Below, piece after piece: positions 48,079 through 58,828 of a DNA stretch of 64,000 bases. This DNA is from Thermoproteota archaeon (lineage in GTDB: Archaea > Korarchaeota > Korarchaeia > Korarchaeales > JAOZGB01), in NCBI GenBank assembly GCA_037917685.1, contig JAVCBU010000012.1:1-64000 (forward strand). The letters run 5' to 3'. Below the pieces are notes generated by a model. The model saw only the letters and a program-made list of their open reading frames with translations, was not told the origin of the DNA and ran no database searches. The position numbers and the translations under genes were made by a program. The first letter of the stretch is position 1, and every line of letters begins with the position of its first letter.

Positions 48079-49466
48079 GCTCTACCACCTACCACAACAT
48101 TTCTTATACGAACATGGGGGCCTCCGTCACCGACTGGGATGGCTTGGCCGTCTTTTCCACAGAATCCTACGTCTAGACTTAAGTCTTTGCCCACGGCGTC
48201 AACGTTCTTAAGGGTTTCAAGGATTACCCCGCTAAGTGAGACATCCAGTAATGGTTTAGTGATTTCACCCTTCTCTATAAGGTAGGCTTCCTGAGCGTTA
48301 AACTGAAACCCTCCAACAGCGGGATTAACCTGGCCACCCCTGCTTCCCTTAACGTACACTCCAAGCTCTATGTCTTCGAGAAGTTCTTCGAAGTTGTAGT
48401 CGCCTGGGGCTATATATGTATTGCTCATTCTTACTATAGGCTTATGTTTGAAGGTCATAGCCCTTGCTGAGCCGTTTGGTTTCATCCCAAGTTTTGCGGC
48501 GGACTCTCGGTTAAGCATGTAGCCGACGAGTACCCCCCTATCTATTAGTTTCCTTTTCTGCGTTTTAACGCCTTCATCATCGTATTTTTCGGATCCCCAC
48601 CAGTCAATTGTGGAGTCATCATATATTGTTACGAGGTCTGAGCCTATTTTCTCTCCGAGCTTGCCAGCAAGCACAGATTCGCCAGCTATTACAAGATCTG
48701 CCTCGCAAGCGTGTCCAACCGCCTCATGGGCGAAGACACCTATATGTTCAGGGTCTGCTATGACCGTGTATCTCCCACCCTTAACAGGAACGGCCTTCAG
48801 GAGGTTGCAAGCCTTCCTTGCCGCCTCTAAAGCCTTTTCCAGGGGTTTTTGAGACTCGAAGCCCTCATATCCACCGTAGTGTGCAATTCTCGTTATAAAT
48901 GATTGTATCTTGCCGTTCTCACTTGCAACGGCGTTAAAAGATGAGTAGCATCTCGAGAATTCCCATTCTATGTAGCTGCCAAGACTACTGTAAAAGACTT
49001 TTCTACCATACCACTCCGTATAGGTTACTTCACCCGTCTTTACCCTGGGGTCGAAGTTTCTCATTCTCCTGTCGGCTTCCAGCGCCAATTCTAGTTTTTC
49101 ATCAACAGGTATGTCTGAGAGCTTCTTCTTGCCAAGCTTAACGATTCTATCTTCCACAGCCTCTACGTCGACAAGTTTGACTTTTTCCTTTGTCCTATCA
49201 CCCACCGATTTAGCAACTTTAACAGCGAATTCAACAGCGTCCAGAAGTCTTTCCTTATCAAGCTTTGTGGATGTAGAGAACCCCCATGACCCGTTAGATA
49301 GTACTGTTATTCCAGCTCCCACGCTATATCCAATAGGAGACTTCTCAACAACACCGTTGCTTATCTTAAGCCTCACGGTATCTACGAGTTCAATCCTTAT
49401 GTCCGCGTATTCTGCACCCATCTCAAGGGCCTTCTCAACAACGAACACTGCCAGATCCTTCATCAA
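48075..49466 (-). CDS. tldD: TldD family metalloprotease
   Basis: HEAVGH..E.D, YDDEG, RMSNTYI.PG, CGKDGQ..PV..GGPH. Confidence 0.93.
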   Translation of the reverse strand: MMKDLAVFVVEKALEMGAEYADIRIELVDTVRLKISNGVVEKSPIGYSVGAGITVLSNGSWGFSTSTKLDKERLLDAVEFAVKVAKSVGDRTKEKVKLVDVEAVEDRIVKLGKKKLSDIPVDEKLELALEADRRMRNFDPRVKTGEVTYTEWYGRKVFYSSLGSYIEWEFSRCYSSFNAVASENGKIQSFITRIAHYGGYEGFESQKPLEKALEAARKACNLLKAVPVKGGRYTVIADPEHIGVFAHEAVGHACEADLVIAGESVLAGKLGEKIGSDLVTIYDDSTIDWWGSEKYDDEGVKTQKRKLIDRGVLVGYMLNRESAAKLGMKPNGSARAMTFKHKPIVRMSNTYIAPGDYNFEELLEDIELGVYVKGSRGGQVNPAVGGFQFNAQEAYLIEKGEITKPLLDVSLSGVILETLKNVDAVGKDLSLDVGFCGKDGQAIPVGDGGPHVRIRNVVVGGRA

Positions 49467-49616
49467 GGATTAAGGATAACTGGAAAACTAAAAAATTACC
49501 GACTAACAAAGCTACATTTGTCCTTGACGGCAGAATGCCTAAACATATCTACGGGATTGTTAATTCTCCATTGATAGGCGCTATGTTTAATTGTTTCAAG
49601 CTCTTATCTTGATACT

Positions 49617-50744
49617 ATGCTGGATGTCGATATACTAGTGGTCGGCTGCGGACCTTCAGGCTCCTTCGCATCGCTCCTAGCATCCATGGATGGGTTCAAA
49701 GTTGCGGTCATCGAGAGAAAAAAGTCCCCCGAGAACCCCACCGTCTGTGGAGAGTACCTGCCAAGATTTGAGGCGTTCTCTAGGGTGCTTCCCATGTATG
49801 ACGGTGAATTAAAGCTTATAAGATCATGGTTGTATGATAAGGAAGTCCAATCTAATACAACCCACGAGATAGTTTTAGATCTTGATGATAGGAGGCTCAT
49901 ATTCGATTTCGAGGGGGTTGTTATAAGTAGAAAGAGGCTTATAAATCTCCTCGTAGACCAGGCTTTAGGCTATGGTTGCAGGATAATGTTCGGAAGCAGA
50001 TATCTTGGAAGCGTATTTGCTAAAGACCTTATCATTAGCAAAGTTAGCAATGGCTTAACCATTAGAAGCCGCTTTATAATAGGGGCTGACGGGTATCCTT
50101 CTAAGGTTGGTTTATCATTAAATACTGGCCCCATGATAACGCATAAGGGGATAGCCATAGCTACTTCCCAGCTTGTGAAGCATAACCTCGATCCGGAAAA
50201 GATTTACATGAGATTTTCAAAAAACATTCAAGGAGGGTACAGCTGGGTAATACCGTTAAACAAGACACTTGGAAGGGCTGGAGTAGGGTTTCCACCGGCC
50301 ACTGGAGAAATGAATATCCGAAAAGCACATATTTTAACAATTAAGAGTTACAGGCTAAAGCCTTCGGGCTCTCTTCATGGGAAGCTTCTTCCGGTGGGTG
50401 GGATGTTCGAGGGTATCTCAGGAGTTAAATGCTTACTCGTTGGTGATGCCGCTGGTGCGGTTATGCCTGTTAATGGTGGGGGGATACCCCTAGCGATGCT
50501 TACATCAGCGATAGCCAACAAAGTGATTAGGCAGGGCACTCCACACTTGTATGAGCCTGAGTTAGAGCCGCTTTCAAGACTTCTAGTTGCAGGTGATAGG
50601 GCGAGAAGGTTTGTTTCATTCATTATGAGTAGGAGAATCCTATTCCATATATTTAAGTCTATAGTTCCAGCCAAATTCGTCTTGGATGTTATCTCAATGA
50701 ACCCTTATAGTTTCCCCATGAAGATTTTTGGTTCGGGGCTTTAA
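49617..50744 (+). CDS. Geranylgeranyl reductase-family FAD-dependent oxidoreductase
   Basis: VGCGPSG, CGE, IGADG, GYSW.IP, LVGDAAG...P..GGGI. Confidence 0.85.
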   Translation: MLDVDILVVGCGPSGSFASLLASMDGFKVAVIERKKSPENPTVCGEYLPRFEAFSRVLPMYDGELKLIRSWLYDKEVQSNTTHEIVLDLDDRRLIFDFEGVVISRKRLINLLVDQALGYGCRIMFGSRYLGSVFAKDLIISKVSNGLTIRSRFIIGADGYPSKVGLSLNTGPMITHKGIAIATSQLVKHNLDPEKIYMRFSKNIQGGYSWVIPLNKTLGRAGVGFPPATGEMNIRKAHILTIKSYRLKPSGSLHGKLLPVGGMFEGISGVKCLLVGDAAGAVMPVNGGGIPLAMLTSAIANKVIRQGTPHLYEPELEPLSRLLVAGDRARRFVSFIMSRRILFHIFKSIVPAKFVLDVISMNPYSFPMKIFGSGL

Positions 50745-50787
50745 CTATCTCCAAAACCCGGGTAGAGATTAGAAAAAGAAGGGAAAG

Positions 50788-51633
50788 TTAGAGGGACTGA
50801 CCAAGGAAAACTATGACGTATCTCAGGGCTATTCCGCCTATCTGAGTTAGTAGAATAGATAGCCCAAGTATCGCGCCGCTCTCAGCTTTAGACTCTACTA
50901 TAGGCAGTATGATTTCCCCTATGGTGAGGCCTATGATTAGAAACACTGCTATGAATATTGCACCGTACCCAGACAGGCTCAGTAGGGACTGCCTTGCAAC
51001 TGATGGAACCATAGATAGGTATATTGCAACAGCTATAAGTTCTATCAGGGCAAGAATTACCTCGTTCCTTCCAAGTTTAGCTCTAAGTCCCCCTGGAACC
51101 TCTCCTATGTCATGTGTTATACCCATGAATAGTGAGTATCCGGTCGCGAGAGCTGATGCTAGGAAGAGAAGGGGAAGTGCTGGAGAAGACCAGAGAGGCA
51201 TTCTACCATAAGTTAGAAGGATCCCTGTGTAGGCACCGGTCATGAACGCCAGCAGTACTCCTAGGTACCCTATTGGAGTTCTCAGTGGTTTAAGGCTTAT
51301 CTTGACGAGTTTTTCAGGGATTTCCGTGAAAGTTAGCCAGTACGCGAGTGAAAGTATCATGAATCCAACTATTATAAGGGATCCCCAGCTCATTGGGGAA
51401 ACCAGGTGTGGGTGTATCATTGTGTTGAAAGCTCTCTCTGTCCTACCTAGGTCTAGTACAAGCAGGATTATACCGAGGGCTATTATAACCCATGACCAGA
51501 AGGCCCCCCATTCCGCTGTCCTAGAGTACTTGCCGTTGGATTTCAGGTACAGCCATACGGATGATGCAAAACAGCCTGCGCTCAGCCCTCCTAGGAAGAG
51601 GTATATGGTTACCATCCACCCCCATACCATCAT
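50788..51633 (-). CDS. NrfD/PsrC/HybB-like membrane quinone-reactive subunit
   Basis: W...V..YLFLGGLSAG, DLGR..R, SPMSWG, YTG.LL; 8 TM helices. Confidence 0.9.
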   Translation of the reverse strand: MMVWGWMVTIYLFLGGLSAGCFASSVWLYLKSNGKYSRTAEWGAFWSWVIIALGIILLVLDLGRTERAFNTMIHPHLVSPMSWGSLIIVGFMILSLAYWLTFTEIPEKLVKISLKPLRTPIGYLGVLLAFMTGAYTGILLTYGRMPLWSSPALPLLFLASALATGYSLFMGITHDIGEVPGGLRAKLGRNEVILALIELIAVAIYLSMVPSVARQSLLSLSGYGAIFIAVFLIIGLTIGEIILPIVESKAESGAILGLSILLTQIGGIALRYVIVFLGQSL

Positions 51634-52466
51634 TCTTCATCACCCTCCTTTCCCCTTGATAGTATTGAGAACAGGGCAAGTCCTACAATTCCTGAGGCGG
51701 CTAATGATGGCATCCCCCGTGAAACTTGTTTTGGATATTGTTTCGGCACTTCGGGGAAAACTCCCTCCTTTACTGGGTCGAACCCTGCGGGGAACAGGTA
51801 GATTACTCCAAGGCCGCCTAGCTCGTCGAGGCCGTATATGGTTAGCCCCTTGCTCGACGCTCTTCTCTGCGCCTCAGCAACCATCTCGTTTCTCTCCCCG
51901 AATCTTAGAGCGTCAGCGGGGCAGACTTCGACGCATGCTGGGATTTTACCTTGTTGGATGAACTCGAAACATCCATCGCATTTTCTTGTAACATTCGGGG
52001 GGGCATGCTCACCCCACCCCTCGGCCTCGTTGAACTGTGGTACTCCGAATGGGCAGGCTTCAACGCAGTAGCGGCAACCTATGCATCTCCCTGGATCTAT
52101 GTACACGAGGCCATTCCACTTTCTTATTGCTTCCACGGGGCATACGAGCTGGCACATTGCATCCTCACAGTGCATGCAGGAATGTCTGGCGAACGGCGGC
52201 TTTCCTGGTTCTTCAACTCCTGCGACGTAAAGCCAGTTTACGGCTGAAAGCCTGTTTTCAACCATTCCAAGCAGTGGGAAGCCTCTCCTAGTCTTACATG
52301 CGATGTGGCATGCGTTGCAACCGATACATTTTGTTGAGTCGTATAGGATTGAATACCTCGTCTCTCCGGCCTTAACTCTTACGGTTTTTGAAAATATGAG
52401 TAGTGGGAGTGAGATTGCGGCCTTTAGCAGGGTTCTTCTTCCAACTTTTGAGGGGTGGTTGTCCAT
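51630..52466 (-). CDS. HybA-like 4Fe-4S ferredoxin subunit with Tat signal
   Basis: GRRTLLK Tat motif; CIGCNAC, CMHC...C..VCP, CIGCRYC..ACP, KCDGC...PACV..CP; C-terminal TM. Confidence 0.92.
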   Translation of the reverse strand: MDNHPSKVGRRTLLKAAISLPLLIFSKTVRVKAGETRYSILYDSTKCIGCNACHIACKTRRGFPLLGMVENRLSAVNWLYVAGVEEPGKPPFARHSCMHCEDAMCQLVCPVEAIRKWNGLVYIDPGRCIGCRYCVEACPFGVPQFNEAEGWGEHAPPNVTRKCDGCFEFIQQGKIPACVEVCPADALRFGERNEMVAEAQRRASSKGLTIYGLDELGGLGVIYLFPAGFDPVKEGVFPEVPKQYPKQVSRGMPSLAASGIVGLALFSILSRGKEGDEE

Positions 52467-52480
52467 TGTTTATCACCAGC

Positions 52481-54262
52481 TTATAGGTTGCATAAAGGCC
52501 CGTGAACGGCTGTTCTGAGAAGCCTGTTCCCAAGAAACATGTGGACTGTGCAAGCTAGGCATGGGTCGTAGCTTCTTACCACACGCATGGCGTCTACTCC
52601 CACCCAGTTGTCAGGTGTCCCGTGGTCTTCGGTTACCGGGGAATCTGTTGCAGCAGATTCGACAGGCCCTGGATTACCGTTGGGGTCTCTTGGAGATATG
52701 TTCCATGCAGTTGGTGTGATTATTTGGTACCTATGAATCTTTCCGTCTTTTACAACTATCCAGTGGCCGAGAGCACCCCTTGCAGCCTCATTTAAGCCGA
52801 CGCCCATTGAGAACTTTGGCCTCTGGAATGGTTCCCAGACACTTGTCTTTCCTTTACCCATGTAGTCAATCATGTGCAGTATGTCTAATAGGGCTCCAGC
52901 AGCATAGTAGGCGTGGTTGTAAGCTCTAGCCCTGAGTCTTTCAATTGTGTTTATATATGGGATGCCATCCTTGCTTAGAGAGGGAACTTCCCACTCGAAT
53001 TCCATAGGCTCCCAGAGCTCAGCTGGTAGCATTTCACTCTTGGTCTCTGGGAGGGATATTCTTACTGAGCCGTTACCTGTATGAATCGACGAGTATGGAC
53101 TGTCAAAGTTTGTTAAACCAGCTAATGCTGAAACGTATATCCTTGAAATCGGCCCAGCTTCTACTATGTACATTTTACCATCCTTAACCCATCTTGGAGT
53201 CGTTCCCCAAGAGTATTTCCCATTCCAATCCCTAGACTGTGGCTTCGGCAGAGTTTCCTTATTCCATGGATGATTCTTATCAAGACTGTTTCCGACGGGG
53301 TCCTTGTCGAACTCTCCCTGCCATTCTTCGTAAAAGCTATAATTAACGAACTCTCTGACTCCGAGGTTTACCTCTAGAAGGTCGTGGGTTACAAGTTTAC
53401 CTTCATGAACGATTCCCGGGGGGAATAGTCTTTTGTCACCCCATCTTGACATGTTTTCATATTTACCATCATACTCCTCAGGGTCATCAATGGTACCGTA
53501 GGCTATCATGTCTGCAGGCCTTGCACCAGCCCACTCATATCCCACTTCGTAAAGGAATCTGGCTATATCATCCCATACTGAAACAACAAGTTTTGAGAAT
53601 CCTGCGAGGGTCATAACCATGCTCAGAGCCTGCTCTGCCTCATTGGCGGTCCAAGTTCTTGCGACTCCCCCAGGGATGAAGGTGTTTACGTGAGGATGCT
53701 TGGCCCCGAGCAGAGATGCAAGCTTCCTCGCATGTCTTTCTAACTTTAGGGTATACAGGTATAATGCACCTTTGAACGGGGTTAGAGCCGCCATAAGTTC
53801 TGCCATCGTACTGTAGCCGTGGATATCTCTGTTCTCGCATGTGAACTGGCTTGCGGCATCCCACCATGCCCTGTTAAATTTTGAGACTATAGCTGAGCTA
53901 TATTCTGGTCCAGCAAGCTGGAATAGGTGTATTGGGTGGTCATATAGGATTTCAGCCGCATCCGTAAGGTTTCTGAGCACTATTGCAAGTGGGGGAGGGC
54001 TGGTTTGAAGGGCCATGTCGTTAGCTAAAGCAGCCGCATAGGCATGAGGAACGGGGCATACACCGCATATTCTCTGATTTATGAATATTGAATCCGGCGG
54101 GTCTCTGTTTTTCAGTATTATCTCGAACCCTCTGAACATCGTAGCATAGCTATGAGCGTCAGTTATAACCCTTGCATCTGCGTCCATAACCACATGGATT
54201 GCCATGTGGCCTTCAATCCTTGTGATAGGATCTAGAATCAACTCAACTTTACCCATCTTCAC
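52481..54262 (-). CDS. Group 1 [NiFe]-hydrogenase large subunit
   Basis: DPITRIEGH, L1 RICGVCP..H, EAARG.L.HW, L2 SYDPCLACTVH plus a cleavable tail. Confidence 0.96.
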   Translation of the reverse strand: MKMGKVELILDPITRIEGHMAIHVVMDADARVITDAHSYATMFRGFEIILKNRDPPDSIFINQRICGVCPVPHAYAAALANDMALQTSPPPLAIVLRNLTDAAEILYDHPIHLFQLAGPEYSSAIVSKFNRAWWDAASQFTCENRDIHGYSTMAELMAALTPFKGALYLYTLKLERHARKLASLLGAKHPHVNTFIPGGVARTWTANEAEQALSMVMTLAGFSKLVVSVWDDIARFLYEVGYEWAGARPADMIAYGTIDDPEEYDGKYENMSRWGDKRLFPPGIVHEGKLVTHDLLEVNLGVREFVNYSFYEEWQGEFDKDPVGNSLDKNHPWNKETLPKPQSRDWNGKYSWGTTPRWVKDGKMYIVEAGPISRIYVSALAGLTNFDSPYSSIHTGNGSVRISLPETKSEMLPAELWEPMEFEWEVPSLSKDGIPYINTIERLRARAYNHAYYAAGALLDILHMIDYMGKGKTSVWEPFQRPKFSMGVGLNEAARGALGHWIVVKDGKIHRYQIITPTAWNISPRDPNGNPGPVESAATDSPVTEDHGTPDNWVGVDAMRVVRSYDPCLACTVHMFLGNRLLRTAVHGPLCNL

Positions 54263-55536
54263 TCACCTCCTTCCCCGGATTCCTTTTCGGCTTCCTCATG
54301 GGGTTTCCCGGTTGTTTTAGACCTACCAGTGAGATAATAAGTTATAGCTCCACCTGCAATAGCTCCCGCTATCGCACCAGCGATCGCGGGGGATTTCGGA
54401 GCTGGAACCTGAACTGGCGTGGGAGTCTCTTTCGGTAGAGCTAGCTCAGGAAGCTCTTTCAGGAAGGGAGCATACGGTTCATCAGGGAAGCCGGGCATTG
54501 TGCATCCTATACATGGTGACCCGTACTCGGTACACATTCCTACTCCTTCAACAAATGCCAATTTATTCATTGGACAGTGTACTACTGGCCCCTTGCATCC
54601 TAATGCGAACATGCAGAACTGTTCGCCGTAGTTCTTTGAAAACTCTCCAAGAGAGAAGTAGACTCCTCTTGAGCATGTTTCATGGACTGTTTCTCCGTAC
54701 AGGAAGATTGGCCTATGATATTCGTCAACCTCTGGAGGTGGGAGAAGACCCTGAACCGTTAGTAGTAGATGACCTATTGTTTTGACTTGCCAATCCCCTC
54801 CTGCGGGGCATCCTGGGACATTAATGACTGGCAGCCCAAGCGCGCTCTTCCAGTCATGGCCTAGGACATCGTATACCCCTCTTGACTTGGTTGGATTAGG
54901 GGTTCCACTTGGAATTCCACCATACGTCGCACATGTCCCAATTGCAACAACCGCTGCAGCCTTTGAGGCAAGGTTTTTAACCCAGTCTTCCATGTAATAG
55001 ATCTTTTCATCTCTTTCGCCTATCGAGCAGTAAAAACCTCCGGCAGCCTTAGCCTCATCTTCGGTGGGAACCGATCCTTCAACCACCAGAACAAAGGGAT
55101 CTAGTGCGCCTTCATATGCACGCTCTATTATTCTATTGGCATCCCATTCGATTGCTGTGGGTCCTTCTGGGCCTTCGAGATGGTCTACACCCCACTGGGG
55201 CATTAATGTAGCGTGATAGTCCAGAGACACCTCAGGGACGCCCTTAACCTGGCCTATGAGTACATCTACTATGCTGGGATCTACAGAGTTAAGGAGAGCT
55301 ACGCTGTCCCCGCTACATGTCTGCCCCTGAATCCACACTATGTGGATCAATCCTTGGCCTGTCTTCAGCATTTTCTTGACCTGGTCTGCAGCTAGAATCA
55401 GTGTTTCATCAGCTTTTACTAGTTTGGACATGGAGAGGATGGCTGCGTAGACAAGTCCGGTTTTTAGGAAGCTTCTCCTAGTTACCTTCATTTGTATCGT
55501 GAGTTTCGATAACGTGCTTCTTATAAAGCTTTCCAT
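54259..55536 (-). CDS. [NiFe]-hydrogenase small subunit with Tat signal and C-terminal anchor
   Basis: TRRSFLK; CSGD, GTCA..GG, PGCP, H..C.R, C...LGCKGP, CIGC; C-terminal hydrophobic helix. Confidence 0.95.
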   Translation of the reverse strand: MESFIRSTLSKLTIQMKVTRRSFLKTGLVYAAILSMSKLVKADETLILAADQVKKMLKTGQGLIHIVWIQGQTCSGDSVALLNSVDPSIVDVLIGQVKGVPEVSLDYHATLMPQWGVDHLEGPEGPTAIEWDANRIIERAYEGALDPFVLVVEGSVPTEDEAKAAGGFYCSIGERDEKIYYMEDWVKNLASKAAAVVAIGTCATYGGIPSGTPNPTKSRGVYDVLGHDWKSALGLPVINVPGCPAGGDWQVKTIGHLLLTVQGLLPPPEVDEYHRPIFLYGETVHETCSRGVYFSLGEFSKNYGEQFCMFALGCKGPVVHCPMNKLAFVEGVGMCTEYGSPCIGCTMPGFPDEPYAPFLKELPELALPKETPTPVQVPAPKSPAIAGAIAGAIAGGAITYYLTGRSKTTGKPHEEAEKESGEGGE

Positions 55537-55826
55537 TTTGTGGGTAATCGAATTTAAGAAGTTTTAAATAAGTAGTATCTCCATGAGTCTTACTTATTTT
55601 AATCATATTTTTTATTTATTTAAATATTACAATAAATAGCTTAAATTAAAAGTTTTAAGGTTGGAAAAAACATTTCTAACTTTCACATAACTTGTTCATG
55701 CATCTCGTACCCGCATTCCTGTTGAAACGGCTTTAAGGTGTACTTCTCCGTTGAGAAGGCCAACGTCAAACAATATATGATATTTTAGATTTCGTCTAAC
55801 TTGTAAGGAGCGTGAATCAAATCTTC

Positions 55827-56333
55827 CTATCTCTGGAGTTGCATTATAAGGTTCATTATTTTACTCCTGAGCATGTTTTCCAATATTGGTATTGAGGCTT
55901 TAATCTCTGGTGAAATCTCCATCCTCACGGATGTGTCCTTAGGTTGGATCCCAGCTATGATAACCTTGGATGGCAGCTTGTTCAGAGCTTTAAGTAGGGC
56001 AAGGAGGCTTTCCACGTCGAATTCATGATAGGACATTGAAAACAGTAAATTGGAGTTTTCACTTTTAACCTCTATTATATCTTCTCTGGCGACTTCTTTC
56101 ACAAAGATCTCGCCCGGCTTCAATCCTTGGTCAACTGCATCGACTATTACTAGGCAATCCACGTTTTCCACATCGTAGATCAGGTCTATAATGCTTGTCC
56201 CGTACCATCTGGTTTTAACGTTCTCAGGTAAACCTTTATCTTCAAGTAGTCGGATAACGTGGAGGCCTAGGGCATCGTCTCCTTTTAGTTCGTTGCCTAC
56301 TCCCGCTACAAGTATTAACGGTTCACCATGCAT
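55827..56333 (-). CDS. Hydrogenase maturation protease (HyaD/HybD-like)
   Basis: GVGN.L.GDD..G, IVDAV, S.H, GIQP. Confidence 0.93.
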   Translation of the reverse strand: MHGEPLILVAGVGNELKGDDALGLHVIRLLEDKGLPENVKTRWYGTSIIDLIYDVENVDCLVIVDAVDQGLKPGEIFVKEVAREDIIEVKSENSNLLFSMSYHEFDVESLLALLKALNKLPSKVIIAGIQPKDTSVRMEISPEIKASIPILENMLRSKIMNLIMQLQR

Positions 56334-56431
56334 ACGATTTACACCACATAGAAGGTTTTAAAATGACTATTCATGTAGGGTGTTCTATGGCTGGTGATGT
56401 TTAAATAATGATAGGGGGTGCTACCTTACAT

Positions 56432-56662
56432 ATGTGTCTGGCGATTCCCGGCTATGTGGTTGAGGTTAGGGGAAGGGAGGCTCTGGTTGACTTTATGGGT
56501 ACAAAGAAGACTGTCAATGTTAGTTTGTTGGAGGATGTTAGCCCTGGGGATTATGTGATCGTTCATGTCGGGTTTGCCATCCAGAAGCTCAGCCCTGAGG
56601 AGGCTGAGGAAAGCCTCAAACTTTGGAGGGGGATGCTTGGGCAGCTTGGGGTCCATATTTGA
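56432..56662 (+). CDS. hypC: Hydrogenase chaperone HypC
   Basis: MCLAIPG start; GDYVIVHVGFAI. Confidence 0.96.
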   Translation: MCLAIPGYVVEVRGREALVDFMGTKKTVNVSLLEDVSPGDYVIVHVGFAIQKLSPEEAEESLKLWRGMLGQLGVHI

Positions 56663-57722
56663 ACCATATATTGCAAGCCCCCTCCGCCGAAACCATACAT
56701 GGGCCGTATGGCCTGCTGGGTGTACACGCTTTTCCGAAGAGCTTGCAGTCGGTTGGGTAGGCTGATCCCACTACAACCTTGTGGCAAAGGCACCCAGGTG
56801 GGTTTCCCGGCGGTTCTCCTATGTCTATGTCGAAGTGGAAGCGTGCATCATAATCTGAGTACTCCTCCTTGAGGTACAATCCTGACTCTTTAACTACCCC
56901 TATGCCCCTCCACCTTGCATCTTCAACCTTAAATACCTGGTACATTAGTCTTTTCGCTTTAACGTTGCCCTCTGGTGTAACAGATCTCACATATTCATTT
57001 ACGTTTCTAGGCTTCCCCTCAGCTATCTGCTTAAGTATTATTAGAACCGCCATTAGGACATCTGCAGGCTCAAAGCCAGCCGTTACAACGGGGATTCCCC
57101 TCTCTGCAACAAAACTCCATGAGTTGTACCCTATTATTGTTGAAACATGCCCTGGAGCTATCACCCCGTCAATCCTGACCTCGCCCATGTCTAGGAGTGC
57201 CTTCATAACGGGGGGTGTGAGCCTAACCGATGTCAGCATGTAGTAGTTGGCTGGTGGATCTAGGGTTAGGGTTGCCGCGATTGCAGGGGCTGTCGTCTCA
57301 AACCCTACTGCGAAGAACACCACCTTCCTGCTTGTTTTTCTTGCTATCCTCAACGCATCTTCAGGGCTGTAGATCACTCTAACTTTCCCTCCTTTTGCTC
57401 TCGCCTTCCATAGACTCAGATCCCCGGCTGGAACCCTTACAATGTCCCCGAAGGATACAACCATCGTGTCCTCAGCCATCGAGAGTTTTATGGCTTCCAT
57501 TATGTCAGCCGTGTCTGCCACGCATACCGGACATCCCGGCCCGGGGATGAGCTCAACATTCTCCGGTACCAGGCTCCTTATGCCATAATAGGTTATTGTG
57601 TGCTCATGAGTTCCACAGAAGTTCATAATTTTCACATGTCCAAGGCTTGAGGATACCTCCGCTATTTTCCTGGAGATCAGCATGCAGAGTTCTCTATCTC
57701 TGTAGTTTTTAGAGGTGGCCAT
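56616..57722 (-). CDS. hypD: Hydrogenase maturation protein HypD
   Basis: CGTH, GPGCPVC, GFETT, PGHVS, GPCMVS.EGAC. Confidence 0.97.
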   Translation of the reverse strand: MATSKNYRDRELCMLISRKIAEVSSSLGHVKIMNFCGTHEHTITYYGIRSLVPENVELIPGPGCPVCVADTADIMEAIKLSMAEDTMVVSFGDIVRVPAGDLSLWKARAKGGKVRVIYSPEDALRIARKTSRKVVFFAVGFETTAPAIAATLTLDPPANYYMLTSVRLTPPVMKALLDMGEVRIDGVIAPGHVSTIIGYNSWSFVAERGIPVVTAGFEPADVLMAVLIILKQIAEGKPRNVNEYVRSVTPEGNVKAKRLMYQVFKVEDARWRGIGVVKESGLYLKEEYSDYDARFHFDIDIGEPPGNPPGCLCHKVVVGSAYPTDCKLFGKACTPSRPYGPCMVSAEGACNIWFKYGPQAAQASPSKV

Positions 57723-57764
57723 GCCAATGTTTAAGGCTATTCTTTATTATTAAATTCTGTGTAG

Positions 57765-58793
57765 GTGGTCCTTGTGGAGGATGAGATAACCCTGTCAGAC
57801 GGTGCCGGAGGCCAACTTATGGAGGAACTTGTCAAAAACATCTTCGTCGATGGATTTACGCTTAAGAGGGCGTTGAACGGAGTCGGCCTTGAAGCCCTGG
57901 ACGATGGTGCCTCATTAATGGTTAACAGGGGGGAGATTGTTGTCTCAATCGACAGTCATACTGTTAGCCCTATCTTCTTCCCTGGAGGTGACATCGGCCG
58001 TCTTGCAGTGGCCGGAACTATCAATGATGTCTCAGTTATGGGAGCTAGGCCCATAGCCATACTGGATGCTATAGTAGTGGAGGAAGGGTTTAGCAAATCC
58101 AGCCTGAAGAGAATAGTTGATTCGATGGATGAAACAGCGAGGGAAGTAGGTGTCTCAATCATATCGGGTGATTTTAAGGTAATGCCTAAGGGAAGCCTTG
58201 ACTCTATCCTGATAACTACATGCGGCGTGGGATTAGCTACCAACGGTGTCATTACTGATGCTGGTGCAAGGCCTGGAGACAAGGTTATAGTCACAGGCTA
58301 TGTCGGAGACCATGGAGCTGCACTCCTATCTGCCAGGGAGGGGATAAGCTTTGAGTCCAATATAGTTTCAGACGTGCAACCTGTATGGAGGGCTGTTGAG
58401 GCTGCATTAAAAGTGGGTGGGGTTCACGCCATGAAAGATCCTACAAGGGGAGGGCTTGCCCAGGCTTTAAATGAGATCGCCGAAAAGTCGAGGGTTAGCG
58501 TATGGATTAGAGAGAGCGAAATACCCATCAGAGACGAGGTTAGAGGCTTGTCAGAGGTTCTCGGTTTAAGCCCCTACGAGCTGCATAATGAGGGAATGGT
58601 AATAATAATCGCCGATGGAGGTCTTGCAGATGAAATTCTCAGAGAGGTTAGGAAAACGAAGGAAGGCGGAAACGCTAGGATCATTGGGGAAGTCATGGAG
58701 AAGCATCCTGGAAAGGTATTCCTTGAGACTGAGATCGGGGGGGTGAGATTCCTTTCAAAACCTGTGGGAGAACCGCTTCCAAGAATATGCTAG
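57765..58793 (+). CDS. hypE: Hydrogenase maturation protein HypE
   Basis: DSHTV.P.FFPGGDIG.LAV.GT.ND, DPTRGG, C-terminal LPRIC. Confidence 0.97.
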   Translation: MVLVEDEITLSDGAGGQLMEELVKNIFVDGFTLKRALNGVGLEALDDGASLMVNRGEIVVSIDSHTVSPIFFPGGDIGRLAVAGTINDVSVMGARPIAILDAIVVEEGFSKSSLKRIVDSMDETAREVGVSIISGDFKVMPKGSLDSILITTCGVGLATNGVITDAGARPGDKVIVTGYVGDHGAALLSAREGISFESNIVSDVQPVWRAVEAALKVGGVHAMKDPTRGGLAQALNEIAEKSRVSVWIRESEIPIRDEVRGLSEVLGLSPYELHNEGMVIIIADGGLADEILREVRKTKEGGNARIIGEVMEKHPGKVFLETEIGGVRFLSKPVGEPLPRIC

Positions 58794-58828
58794 AGGTTTC
58801 CTAAAACTGGCTTAAAGCTTAAATTCTC

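Noticed and set aside
52481-54262. [NiFeSe] hydrogenase or selenocysteine recoding
   Set aside because: The L2 motif DPCLAC uses Cys codons and there is no in-frame TGA.
55540-55700. AT-rich tract as a replication origin
   Set aside because: No ORB-like repeats or cdc6 nearby; explained as the hydrogenase promoter region.
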